Assembly (NCBI GenBank): GCA_041941795.1
Contig: CP145872.1
Span: forward strand, 90,001-122,000
Direction: 5' to 3'
DNA length: 32,000 nucleotides
Source of the DNA: Candidatus Saccharimonadota bacterium
GTDB taxonomy: Bacteria > Pseudomonadota > Gammaproteobacteria > Enterobacterales > Enterobacteriaceae
Part shown: positions 1 through 8,941 of the stretch, in pieces
How the letters are laid out: each line of letters starts with the position of its first letter
Numbering within the stretch: the first letter of the stretch is position 1
Notes under the pieces: generated by a model
Database searches by the model: none
Told to the model about the DNA's origin: nothing
Seen by the model: only the letters and a program-made list of their open reading frames with translations
Program-made: the position numbers and the translations under genes

Positions 1-439
<439 letters not shown>

Positions 440-510
440 CAATTTTATTACCCCATAAGATTTTTTATACTTAGTGAGGTAAGAACTCCAATCTATTCAT
501 TCTATTAAAA

Positions 511-523
511 CTTTTAACAGAAC
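511..523 (-). promoter_or_regulatory. boxA-like antitermination motif in the 16S leader
   Basis: The minus strand reads GTTCTGTTAAAAG about 75 nt upstream of the mature 16S 5' end, compared with E. coli boxA TGCTCTTTAACAA. A small CACT/AGTG hairpin lies just upstream. Similar motifs occur at 25026-25039 and 22055-22068. Confidence 0.35.
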
Positions 524-596
524 TTATTTCACACTCCGTCAGTGCACATTCAAATTTTTTACTCACTTCCTTCTTGTCAAAGAAGTCACTCAGAAC

Positions 597-624
597 AATA
601 TACTATATTGTGAGTAGATAGCAA
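597..624 (-). promoter_or_regulatory. candidate sigma70 promoter for the orphan 16S gene
   Basis: The minus strand reads TTGCTA (624-619), a 16-nt spacer, then TATATT (602-597), about 155 nt upstream of the 16S 5' end. The AT-rich background makes chance matches likely. Confidence 0.3.
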
Positions 625-689
625 GAATTTTAGGCAATTATATTATCTAACTAGATGCATAATAAGAGGACGTCTTCCTAAAAAATTGC

Positions 690-1180
690 AGAGAGCATAT
701 TCTTTCAGATCTATTGAGAGTCTAAAAGTAAAAATACAAACTTGCCCGACTAAGAATTTTTACTCTCTCCATAGCAATACATTTGGCCGTTTTCGAGATC
801 CTGTTGCACAACCGTTAATAATTTTACATACAGGCTTAATATACACGAGCATCTATTTTACGCTTTAAATTCATTAAATAGGCCTGAGTATCTTAGCTTC
901 AGGAGGAATACACTATTACAGTAATTTTTCGGCATTTTTAATTAACTCAGAAGGATAGATGCCATCCTACTATTAGTTCTCACTGATTCAGCTCCATATT
1001 TTCATTCAGCACTAGTTTCCGAAGAAAATTCCGGGGGATAAAATAAATATTACGGCGATAATAATCGTGACCCCGGGCTTGATTATAACCCAGAAAGTTA
1101 TAGATGCTAGAAAGATGAATGGGTGGAACCACACTCCCATGGTGTTCATCTTTGTTTATAAAACCACTCCGTACTACCAT
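690..1180 (-). pseudogene. metB: cystathionine gamma-synthase relic (N-terminal ~150-170 codons, frameshifts and stops)
   Basis: The 980-1180 ORF (AVRSG..VVPPIHLSSIYNF..ARGHDYYRR) matches the E. coli MetB N-terminus (IAVRSGLNDDEQYGCVVPPIHLSSTYNFTGFNEPRAHDYSRRGNP). Further downstream, broken frames give TNSRMASILL (TNTGMSAIHLV), YSGLFNEFKA (SYRLFDSLAK) and YGESKNS (LVESPSNP). The lower boundary is approximate. Confidence 0.75.
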
Positions 1181-1303
1181 AGTGCCTGGTTTGTTTGCAT
1201 TTCATAATTCATAGTCCTTTTAAACCGTTTCCATATTATTATATATGGTCTTGATAGAGTTAAGCATCAAAGTTTTTATCAATACTTTTAATTCTATTTT
1301 TAT

Positions 1304-1516
1304 TTATTCGCTATTCGGAATTTTAAATCTTTTCTGAAATTTTTCCACTCGACCGCCGGTATCTACTATTCGTTGTTGGCCGGTATAAAATGGATGACAT
1401 TTACCACAAACATCTAAAGTCAAATCATGACCTATGGTAGAACTAGTCTGAATGACATTTCCACATGAACAAAATGCCGTTAGTTTAGTGTAATTTGGAT
1501 GAATATCTTTTTTCAT
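1304..1516 (-). CDS. rpmE: 50S ribosomal protein L31
   Basis: A 70-aa ORF reads MKKDIHPNY...CSCGN...[13 protein letters not shown], with all four Zn-ribbon cysteines retained. It sits next to priA, as in E. coli. Confidence 0.97.
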   Translation of the reverse strand: MKKDIHPNYTKLTAFCSCGNVIQTSSTIGHDLTLDVCGKCHPFYTGQQRIVDTGGRVEKFQKRFKIPNSE

Positions 1517-1667
1517 ATAAGGAATCTCTCTCTTAGAGCACTAAAATTTAGTTTTTAAAAGTGTTTATAAAAATATAAAAAATATCAATGTTTAGTTACC
1601 ATCTAATTATGTTATAATTATAAGGTTATATAAGAAGAATTATATAATTTATTATGAGTTATGTTTT

Positions 1668-3869
1668 ATGCGAATAGTTCGAGTTGTTTTCTCTCTTCCT
1701 GTTATGCAATATTTTGATTATCTTTTACCAGCCGATCTTTCTGTTGGTGTGGGAGCACGAGTTTACGTACCTTTTGGTAAACGTAATCTTCTCGGAATAG
1801 TAGTCGACATTCAGGATCAATCTGATCGTCCTAAGGAAAAATTAAGATATATTAATAAAATTTTAGATAAAGAATCTCTCTTTGATTCTTCCTTATGGCG
1901 TCTTTTACTCTGGTCCGCAGAGTATTATCATTATCCTGTCGGAGAAATTATATTTTATGCTCTTCCAAAATTATTAAGACTCGGTCATTCTACTAGCATG
2001 CCGATCAGAGTAAAATGGGAAATAACCGATATAGGTCGTAGCGCCCTCCTGGAAAATTTCAAAAAACAAACCAAACAACAACAAGCTTTAGCAATCCTAA
2101 AAATAAAAGAAATTAATGATGTAGATCTTATTAAATATCATTTAAAAAAAAGAACTTTACAAGCATTACAAAAAAAAAAATTATGTCAATTATCGGTGCA
2201 AAAAATATCACCCGATATTAACTGGAATCATAATCTTTCCAGACCCAGAGATAATTTAGGTTTAAATTATGATCAAAAAATTGCTATTGAGACTATACTG
2301 AATAACACCAATTCTTTTAATGTTTGGGTAATAGAAGGATTAACGGGTTCTGGTAAAACTAAAGTTTATCTAAATATAATAGACCATATACTATCGAATG
2401 GCCGTCAGGTCTTAGTATTAGTACCAGAAATATGTTTAACATCACCAACTATTGCGATGTTTCGACATCGCTTTAACGTTCCTATAGAAATAGTGCATTC
2501 GAGTCTTAATAATTATGATCGTTTGACCATTTGGATAAAAGCCCGAAAAGGTGAAGTAGCTATTATTATTGGGACCCGTTCTGCTATCTTCACTTCTTTT
2601 GCGTCTCTGGGAATTATAGTCATTGATGAGGAACACGACTGTTCTTATAAACAGCGATATGGATGGTGTTATCAGGCACGTGATTTAGCCGTAGTGCTCG
2701 CTAAAGAATCACAGATTCCTATCTTAATGATTTCTCCTACTCCTACCCTAGAAACATTATATAATGTTAAACTAGGCAAATATAAACATTTATATCTTAG
2801 CAACCACGACGAAAAAAAACGTTTATATACCCAACAAATCATTGACTTGAGAGGTTTAAAAGTAAAAGCCAGTTTATCGAAAATGCTAATAGAAAAAATT
2901 TCTCAACATTTACAATATAACAATCAAGTGCTACTTTTTTTAAATCGAAGAGGTTATGCATCATCTATTGGATGTCGAGAATGTGGTTGGAGAGCTGAGT
3001 GTTATCAGTGTGATCACTCTTATACATTACATCAACATTATCAACAATTGCGTTGTCATTACTGTGGGAGTTGTCGTAAAATACCATTGCAATGTAATGA
3101 ATGCGGTTCTACTTACATTATTTCTCTAGGGGTAGGTACAGAACAACTAGAACATCAACTACGAAAATTATTTCCTACAATACCATTATCACGTATTGAT
3201 CGTGATACAGTAACTAATAATCCTATCAAATGTCATTTATCCGAATGCCGGGAAGTAGGAGCAAGAATTTTATTAGGTACACAAATGATTCTTACTAAAG
3301 TACCGCATCAGTTTCCCGAGGTGACCTTAGTAGCATTAGTAGATGTGGATGGAGCTTTGTTTTCCGCTGATTTTCGTTCTACTGAACGTTTTGCACAACT
3401 CTATACTCAGCTCGCGAGTCGTTACGGCGGTCGGGATAAATATGGGGAAGTGTTTCTACAAACATATCATCCTAATCATCCTTTATTACAAACCCTATTA
3501 AATAATGGATATCAATCATTTGCTAATGCAGCCTTAAAGGAACGTCAAATTTTCCTTCTTCCTCCCTATAGTAATCATGTTTTAGTTCGCGCCGAGTATC
3601 ACGAGAGTTCTAAAGCCTTTTTATTTCTCAATAACTTTCGTCATCTTCTTGATTCAATCACGTTAAAAGATAAAAATTTCTTACTTTTGGGTCCAGTGCC
3701 TGCTTTGCAAGCAAAACGAAGTGGAAAATATCGTTGGCAATTGTTATTGCAGCATTCTTCACGTTTCAAATTACACCAAATTATTCACTCTTCCCTTCCT
3801 CTCTTTCATAATTTACCACTACTAAAAACAGTTCAGTGGTCAGTAGATGTAGATCCCATCGATAACTAA
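1668..3869 (+). CDS. priA: primosomal replication-restart helicase PriA
   Basis: A 733-aa ORF carries Walker A GLTGSGKTKVY, a DEEH box (VIDEEHD) and the Cys-rich Zn-binding insert (CRECGW..CYQCD..CHYCG..CNECGS). The N-terminus aligns to E. coli PriA (FDYLLP..VPFGKR). Confidence 0.96.
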   Translation: MRIVRVVFSLPVMQYFDYLLPADLSVGVGARVYVPFGKRNLLGIVVDIQDQSDRPKEKLRYINKILDKESLFDSSLWRLLLWSAEYYHYPVGEIIFYALPKLLRLGHSTSMPIRVKWEITDIGRSALLENFKKQTKQQQALAILKIKEINDVDLIKYHLKKRTLQALQKKKLCQLSVQKISPDINWNHNLSRPRDNLGLNYDQKIAIETILNNTNSFNVWVIEGLTGSGKTKVYLNIIDHILSNGRQVLVLVPEICLTSPTIAMFRHRFNVPIEIVHSSLNNYDRLTIWIKARKGEVAIIIGTRSAIFTSFASLGIIVIDEEHDCSYKQRYGWCYQARDLAVVLAKESQIPILMISPTPTLETLYNVKLGKYKHLYLSNHDEKKRLYTQQIIDLRGLKVKASLSKMLIEKISQHLQYNNQVLLFLNRRGYASSIGCRECGWRAECYQCDHSYTLHQHYQQLRCHYCGSCRKIPLQCNECGSTYIISLGVGTEQLEHQLRKLFPTIPLSRIDRDTVTNNPIKCHLSECREVGARILLGTQMILTKVPHQFPEVTLVALVDVDGALFSADFRSTERFAQLYTQLASRYGGRDKYGEVFLQTYHPNHPLLQTLLNNGYQSFANAALKERQIFLLPPYSNHVLVRAEYHESSKAFLFLNNFRHLLDSITLKDKNFLLLGPVPALQAKRSGKYRWQLLLQHSSRFKLHQIIHSSLPLFHNLPLLKTVQWSVDVDPIDN

Positions 3870-3971
3870 ATTAGTGGCGATCCTGAGATTCTTCTATCCT
3901 CATATTACGCCTTTAGTCTTATACTATAATAATATTATCTTTTGTTAAAAAAGTTATTTTCAGGATAAATT

Positions 3972-4263
3972 ATGTTTAATAATGATTTAAAAAATAATTG
4001 CACTATAACTCAAATATCACCCCAGACACATGTACATCATGACACCAATGTCTGTAAGAAAACATCAACATTAATTACTATCATTACAAAAAAAACGTTA
4101 ATGAACGACTAATAGCGGAGGGTAAGAAAATAATATGGCGAAAAAAATTATTAAATATCTCAAAGAGAGAATGCGAACACATCCTATTTCATCTGTAATG
4201 ATAGCTGGTAGTATAGGATTTGTTATAGGTGGTATTTGTTGTCGTCGAAAATTACTGAGATGA
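3972..4263 (+). pseudogene. yqjD/elaB-family (DUF883) tail-anchored protein relic; only the last 42 codons (4135-4263) remain an open frame
   Basis: Positions 4135-4263 encode MAKKIIKYLKERMRTHPISSVMIAGSIGFVIGGICCRRKLLR, compared with E. coli YqjD/ElaB C-termini (..YVRENPWTGVGIGAAIGVVLGVLLSRR). The total span of about 97 codons matches family length, but TAA and TAG stops at ~4110-4116 and a frame change break it. A weak yqjE-like trace follows (NLEEES.., VLFIYPERII at ~4340-4420). Confidence 0.4.
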
Positions 4264-4680
4264 ACATACTTTCTTAAAAAAGATATGCTATCCTACTAAC
4301 AGTAATAATTATAAAGTGATATCATTGATTATGACTTAATCTTGAGGAAGAGAGTTAAGAATAGTGTTGATAATAGCTAGAGACCCCTTATGTACTTTTT
4401 ATTTATCCTGAACGGATTATACCAGGCATGAAGAAATGAATACAAATGACTGCAGGATGAAGATAGATAAAATAAAAATATTAACATCCAAATCTTCTGT
4501 CAGATAAAGAAGAATGTTTGTCAATTAATATTGGTCACGCACTATTTGATTCATTTTTACTCTCTGTGTCCCTATTGCAATAAATATACAATCCTCCTAA
4601 ACGGATCTAGATGAAAAACTTTTCCTAATAAATTAATAGGCGGTAATAAATAATGAATTTTATTGAGTAAGGAGATCCAA

Positions 4681-4703
4681 CCATTTGAATTTCATTCAAA
4701 TGG
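4681..4703. repeat. perfect 10-bp inverted repeat with a 3-nt spacer (CCATTTGAAT-TTC-ATTCAAATGG)
   Basis: Read directly from the sequence. It lies 9 nt upstream of the TTGACT hexamer that precedes tRNA-Cys, and no U-run follows it on either strand. Confidence 0.8.
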
Positions 4704-4711
4704 AATCTTAC

Positions 4712-4738
4712 TTGACTTAATAAGTCATTCTGTATTCT
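4712..4738 (+). promoter_or_regulatory. candidate promoter for the tRNA-Cys/tRNA-Leu pair
   Basis: TTGACT (4712-4717), a 15-nt spacer, then TATTCT (4733-4738) preceded by TG. The -10 element ends only 5 nt before the mature tRNA-Cys 5' end. The spacer is short. Confidence 0.3.
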
Positions 4739-4743
4739 CTTCT

Positions 4744-4814
4744 GGCGCGTTGGCAGAGTGGTTATGCAGCGGATTGCAAATCCGTATACCTCGGTTCAAG
4801 TCCGGGACGCGCCT
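4744..4814 (+). tRNA. cysT: tRNA-Cys (GCA), no encoded 3' CCA
   Basis: GGCGCGTTGGCAGAGTGGTTATGCAGCGGATTGCAAATCCGTATACCTCGGTTCAAGTCCGGGACGCGCCT is near-identical to E. coli tRNA-Cys, with a compensatory D-stem change. The anticodon loop is TTGCAAA. TAT follows the discriminator T. Confidence 0.95.
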
Positions 4815-4839
4815 TATTTTATTACAATATAACCTACTT

Positions 4840-4923
4840 GCCCGGATGGTGGAATAGGTAGACACAAGGGACTTAAAATCCCTCGGCCTGATGGCTATGC
4901 GGGTTCAACTCCCGCTCCGGGTA
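4840..4923 (+). tRNA. leuZ: tRNA-Leu (UAA), long variable arm, no encoded 3' CCA
   Basis: GCCCGGATGGTGGAATAGGTAGACACAAGGGACTTAAAATCCC...GGGTTCAACTCCCGCTCCGGGTA matches E. coli leuZ. The cysT-leuZ adjacency is the same as in E. coli. Confidence 0.95.
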
Positions 4924-4990
4924 CATTTTTACATTAACTGTAAGAAGTAAGAAGCATAATAATGCTAACCATCATTCAAAATAGGAAGAT

Positions 4991-6372
4991 ATGTCTGATG
5001 ACCAGTTTTTCAGGATGGTAAAGAAAGAAGAAGTAAAATTTATAGATCTGCGCTTTACAGATATTCAAGGTAAAGAACAGCACGTTACTATCCCCTCACA
5101 CCAAGTAAATGATGACTTATTTAATGAAGGTAAAAAATGTTTGATGTATTTTCTATCGTAGGTTGGAAAGATATCAATGAATATGATATGGTGATAATGC
5201 CAGATAGAGATATTACTGCGGTGCTAGATCTTTTGACCTCCAACCTCCATTAATCCTCCGATGTAATATACTGGAACCGAATAAAAGAAAAGAGAACGAG
5301 ATCCCAGGTTCATTGCAAAGCTAGTCGAATAGTGGTGGCGTCAATCGGAAATGAGAGTCCCGAACCACAATGGTTTTGCTGGACGCCGTCATTTTTGACA
5401 GTGGTCCATAAATCAGGTTCCTCTCTATTGAAGCAGTTTTGAATCATAATAAAAAGATCGCCCAAGGTAATCAGGGTCATCATCCTGACTAGAAAAGAGG
5501 AGATTGATATTTTTCCTGTCACGCCTGATACCTCTAAAAATATTCGGTTGTCAATATGTATCCCTATGGAACAAATGGGATTAATTGTCGAGTCACATCA
5601 TCATGAAATTGCTAACGCGGCAACAAATTCAATATCAACTAAATTCAACACTATAACCAAAAAAGCTGATAAAAATACAAATTTATTTACAAATATGGAG
5701 TCCATAATATCGCACATTCTTTTGGAAAACCTGCCACTTTTATGCCTAAACCAAATTTTGGGGATAATGGATCGGCCATGTATTGTCATATCTCGCTATA
5801 TAAAAATAGTATAAATATTTTTGCGAAAAACCAATAATATGCGGTTCTATTATCAGAACAAGCATTATTTTATATCATAGGAATCATTAAACATGCTCAA
5901 TCCATAATAAATACTTTTCTAATTCTTATAAACATGTCATTCCTGGTTATGAGGCTTCTCCTGTAATGCTAGCTTCTTCCTCCCGTAATCGTCTGCATCG
6001 AGCCGGCTCCAATGGTTAGCAGTAGTAGTTCACAAAAGCCCTGAAGTGCGTTTTCCAGATCAGTATGATAATTTTTATTTATCTTTCTCAGCATTATTAA
6101 TGGCTGGAATGGATAGATTGCTCAATAAGATCCGGACAGGCTATGTAAACTCATCTGGATGATTTTACTGACGCTGAAAATTTCGTCATCCATTCATCCG
6201 AAGCTATCTTCTTCGGTGGAAGCAGCATGTGCCTTAGATGAAGACCGTGCATCTCTCATCATGAGAGGAGAATTTTGTTGAATCCTATATTAACCTTCGT
6301 AGTTCGGAAAGAGAACGTGTTCGCCTGACACCTCATCCCGTTTAGAACTTTACTATTAGAGTATCGGTTGAT
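4991..6372 (+). pseudogene. glnA: glutamine synthetase pseudogene (many frameshifts and stops along the full length)
   Basis: The N-terminus ([28 protein letters not shown]) matches E. coli GlnA ([28 protein letters not shown]). The middle (MEQMGLIVESHHHEIA..KFNTITKKAD) matches MEQMGLVVEAHHHEVA..RFNTMTKKAD. The tail (RVRLTPHPV..ELYY) also matches. The first frameshift is in an A6 run at 5132-5137, and multiple in-frame stops follow. Confidence 0.9.
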
Positions 6373-6452
6373 TTGTGATGGACAGCTTCTGGACTTGATA
6401 ATGGCTCGTTTTTTAAGAAAAAAAATTTTACTTAGCGGAAATCATTTTAAGA

Positions 6453-7049
6453 ATGAATAATAATTATAAAACTACTACTTTTATTCTCAGTGCTCCGGAT
6501 TTAGAATATCTTCCCCCGGATATAGGAAGTGAAGTAGCCTTTATAGGCTCTTCTAATGTTGGAAAATCTAGTGCTATAAATACGCTCACTAATCAAAAAT
6601 CTTTAGCTAAAATTAGCAAAACTCCAGGTTGTACTAAACTAATTAATATCTTTAAAATTTCTTCCGAATGTAGGTTATTGGATTTTCCCGGATATGGCTA
6701 TGCTCAAGTAAATAAAAAACTAAAATATATCTTTCCAAAAAGATGGAATACATATTTGAAAAATCGTCAGTGTCTTCAGGGGGTAGTACTTTTTATGGAT
6801 GTACGTCATCCTCTTAGAGAATTAGATAAACATAACCTCAAATTAGTTAGTGACCATAATTTACCAATATTAATTTTACTTTCTAAATCCGATAAGTGTG
6901 CTCGAGAATTACAGAAAAACAAGTTGAACATATTGCGTGAATATTTTTTACAATTTAAGAATTCGGTTCAGGTAGAAATATTTTCTTCACGGAAGAGAGT
7001 TGGTATAGATAAACTGCAGCTAACCCTGAATATCTGGTTAGGAAGATAA
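6453..7049 (+). CDS. engB: ribosome-biogenesis GTPase EngB/YihA
   Basis: A 198-aa ORF reads FILSAPDLEYLPPD..GSSNVGKSSAINTLTNQKSLAKISKTPGCTKLINIF..DFPGYGYA..LLSKSDK. It is collinear with E. coli EngB, including the G1, G3 and G4 motifs. Confidence 0.95.
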   Translation: MNNNYKTTTFILSAPDLEYLPPDIGSEVAFIGSSNVGKSSAINTLTNQKSLAKISKTPGCTKLINIFKISSECRLLDFPGYGYAQVNKKLKYIFPKRWNTYLKNRQCLQGVVLFMDVRHPLRELDKHNLKLVSDHNLPILILLSKSDKCARELQKNKLNILREYFLQFKNSVQVEIFSSRKRVGIDKLQLTLNIWLGR

Positions 7050-7068
7050 GAATGAAATCAATGGTAAT

Positions 7069-8862
7069 CTAATGAGCTTGTGCCCAATTATGTCCTCTCC
7101 CTATATTAACAAGTAGAGGAACATTCAAGCGAATCCGGATGTGATTTTCCATAAGATCTCGTATCTCATGGCACGCCTCCTTCCATGCACCCTGAGGAAC
7201 TTCAAATAATAATTCATCATGAACTTGCATCACCATTCTAACAGAATTATTTTTATTTTTTATCCACTGATTTACTACTATCATAGCCCGCTTAATAATA
7301 TCCGCCGCCGTTCCTTGCATTGGAGCATTGATTGCAGTCCGAAATGCTGCCTTTCGTCGCACAATATTTTTAGAAAAGATGCTCGGAATATAGATTTTTC
7401 TTCCAATTATGGTATTAACATATCCAGTCTTTTGGACCTGAATTTTAATTTTTTTCATATATTTAAGAACATTAGGATAATGTTGAAAATATAAATTAAT
7501 ATAATTATGAGCATCTGTCAGGGAAATCTTTAGCTGTTGTGACAATCCAAAAGCACTCATTCCATATATTACTCCAAAGTTAATTATTTTTCCTCGCCGC
7601 CGGTGTGCTTGTGTTACGTTTTTCAACGTAATGTTAAAAAGATTAGAAGCGGTTATAGAATGCAGATCTTCGTTATTAAGAAAGGATTGGATTAAATTTT
7701 TTTCTTGAGATAAGTGAGCAAGAATACGTAATTCTATTTGGGAATAGTCTGCGGTGATCAGATCGTATCCGGAGGATGCAATAAATGATTGCCGTATTTT
7801 TCGTCCTTCGGAAGTACGAACAGGAATATTTTGTAAATTTGGGTGACTGGAAGAAAGACGCCCCGTGGTGGTGAGAGTTTGATGATAAGAAGTATGTAAT
7901 CTACCGCTGGTAAAATTTATCATATGCAGTAATTTTTCGGTATAGAAATGCTTTAGTTTAGTGAGCTGGCAATATTCGATAAGTATTTTAGGTAAAGAAT
8001 ACTTTCCTGCTAGTTCGTCAAGAACGGGCGCATTTATACAAGGTCTTACACTCGGGATATTATTCAGACGGAAAATATGCTGTTGTTCAAAAAGTACTTT
8101 CTGCACTTGGTGGGGAGAAGACAACTCAAACGATGTACCAGCTATTTTATAGGCTTTTGTTTCTAATTGATGCAAGCGATGAGATAATTCAGAGGAATAG
8201 GATGAAAGAAAATGGGTGTCTATTAAAATTCCATGAGACTCCATACGAAAAATAACTTTTAATAAAGGTCTTTCTATATGTTCATATATGTTTTTTATGA
8301 CTGAGTCTCGGGAAATAAGAGGCCACATTTTCAAATGCAGTTGTAATATCATATCTGACTCTACTGCGGATCTACGCTGATGTTCTAGTGCCTGATCTCT
8401 ATTATTGGTACTTCTGAACACTTTTTCTTTTTGAACGCAATGATTCACACCTTGTAACCAACGGTTAACCAGCGACTTTAAATTTCGTCTCCTGTTTTTA
8501 ACACTTTCCAGCACATATGATTCTAACATAATATCAAAAATAATGCCTTTTATTTCAATTCCATAAGCTTTAAGTAGATTATTACTTTCCTTGAAAGAAA
8601 AGTATATTTTGGAAATTTTTTCATTTTCTAAAATGAATTTTAAATGAGATAAGACTTCTCCTCGAGTCGGTCTCTCGCTAGATATGGAGGGATAAAGAGG
8701 AAAATAAATTGCTTCCCCCGGATTGATAGAAAAAGCAAATCCCATTAATTCTGTTTTGTTTCTAGAGACCTGAATATTTAATGCTAATAAATCGGCTTGT
8801 TCGAGTTTTATTTTCCATGAAAAAAAGATTTTTTCATCGATAAGTATGACATTACTCTTCAT
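7069..8862 (-). CDS. polA: DNA polymerase I, Klenow-like fragment (degenerate 3'-5' exonuclease domain plus intact polymerase domain) as a separate ORF
   Basis: The 597-aa ORF aligns to E. coli Pol I from about residue 330 to the C-terminal H. Polymerase motifs are intact: A (DYSQIELR), B (RRRGKIINFGVIYG) and C (QVHDE). At the exonuclease sites, FAFDTETD reads LALNIQVS, NLKYD reads SFKES and YAAEDAD reads RSAVESD. Confidence 0.9.
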   Translation of the reverse strand: MKSNVILIDEKIFFSWKIKLEQADLLALNIQVSRNKTELMGFAFSINPGEAIYFPLYPSISSERPTRGEVLSHLKFILENEKISKIYFSFKESNNLLKAYGIEIKGIIFDIMLESYVLESVKNRRRNLKSLVNRWLQGVNHCVQKEKVFRSTNNRDQALEHQRRSAVESDMILQLHLKMWPLISRDSVIKNIYEHIERPLLKVIFRMESHGILIDTHFLSSYSSELSHRLHQLETKAYKIAGTSFELSSPHQVQKVLFEQQHIFRLNNIPSVRPCINAPVLDELAGKYSLPKILIEYCQLTKLKHFYTEKLLHMINFTSGRLHTSYHQTLTTTGRLSSSHPNLQNIPVRTSEGRKIRQSFIASSGYDLITADYSQIELRILAHLSQEKNLIQSFLNNEDLHSITASNLFNITLKNVTQAHRRRGKIINFGVIYGMSAFGLSQQLKISLTDAHNYINLYFQHYPNVLKYMKKIKIQVQKTGYVNTIIGRKIYIPSIFSKNIVRRKAAFRTAINAPMQGTAADIIKRAMIVVNQWIKNKNNSVRMVMQVHDELLFEVPQGAWKEACHEIRDLMENHIRIRLNVPLLVNIGRGHNWAQAH

Positions 8863-8941
8863 TATATATATTGGTAGCTAAAATATTTGCAAATACCTGC
8901 TTTAGATACATCTATCTTAGTGGTACTCCCTTTTTAATTTA

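Noticed and set aside
686-868. A 60-aa plus-strand ORF.
   Set aside because: It lies antisense to the metB relic, with no RBS and no recognisable similarity.
1243-1275. A hairpin (CTTGAT..ATCAAAG) plus T5 between the metB relic and rpmE, as a possible fossil metJ or bidirectional terminator.
   Set aside because: The stem is 6 bp, AT-rich and bulged. It is oriented away from rpmE and cannot be distinguished from chance.
2442-2636. Short ORFs nested antisense or out of frame in well-supported genes: 2442-2636, 7219-7494, 7961-8152, 9810-10004, 13796-14017, 15133-15384, 16722-17009, 20362-20559, 26392-26601, 26989-27270 and 27972-28220.
   Set aside because: Each is fully contained in, or overlaps, a conserved gene on the other strand or frame. 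They have low-complexity translations and no homolog I can recognise. Long spurious frames of this kind are expected in AT-rich DNA.
4663-4857. A 64-aa plus-strand ORF.
   Set aside because: It reads straight through the tRNA-Cys and tRNA-Leu genes.
5310-5814. Three ORFs (5310-5522 -, 5548-5814 +, 5601-5789 -).
   Set aside because: The plus-strand ORF is just an open fragment of the glnA pseudogene (MEQMGLIVESHHHE..). The minus-strand ORFs are antisense noise within it.
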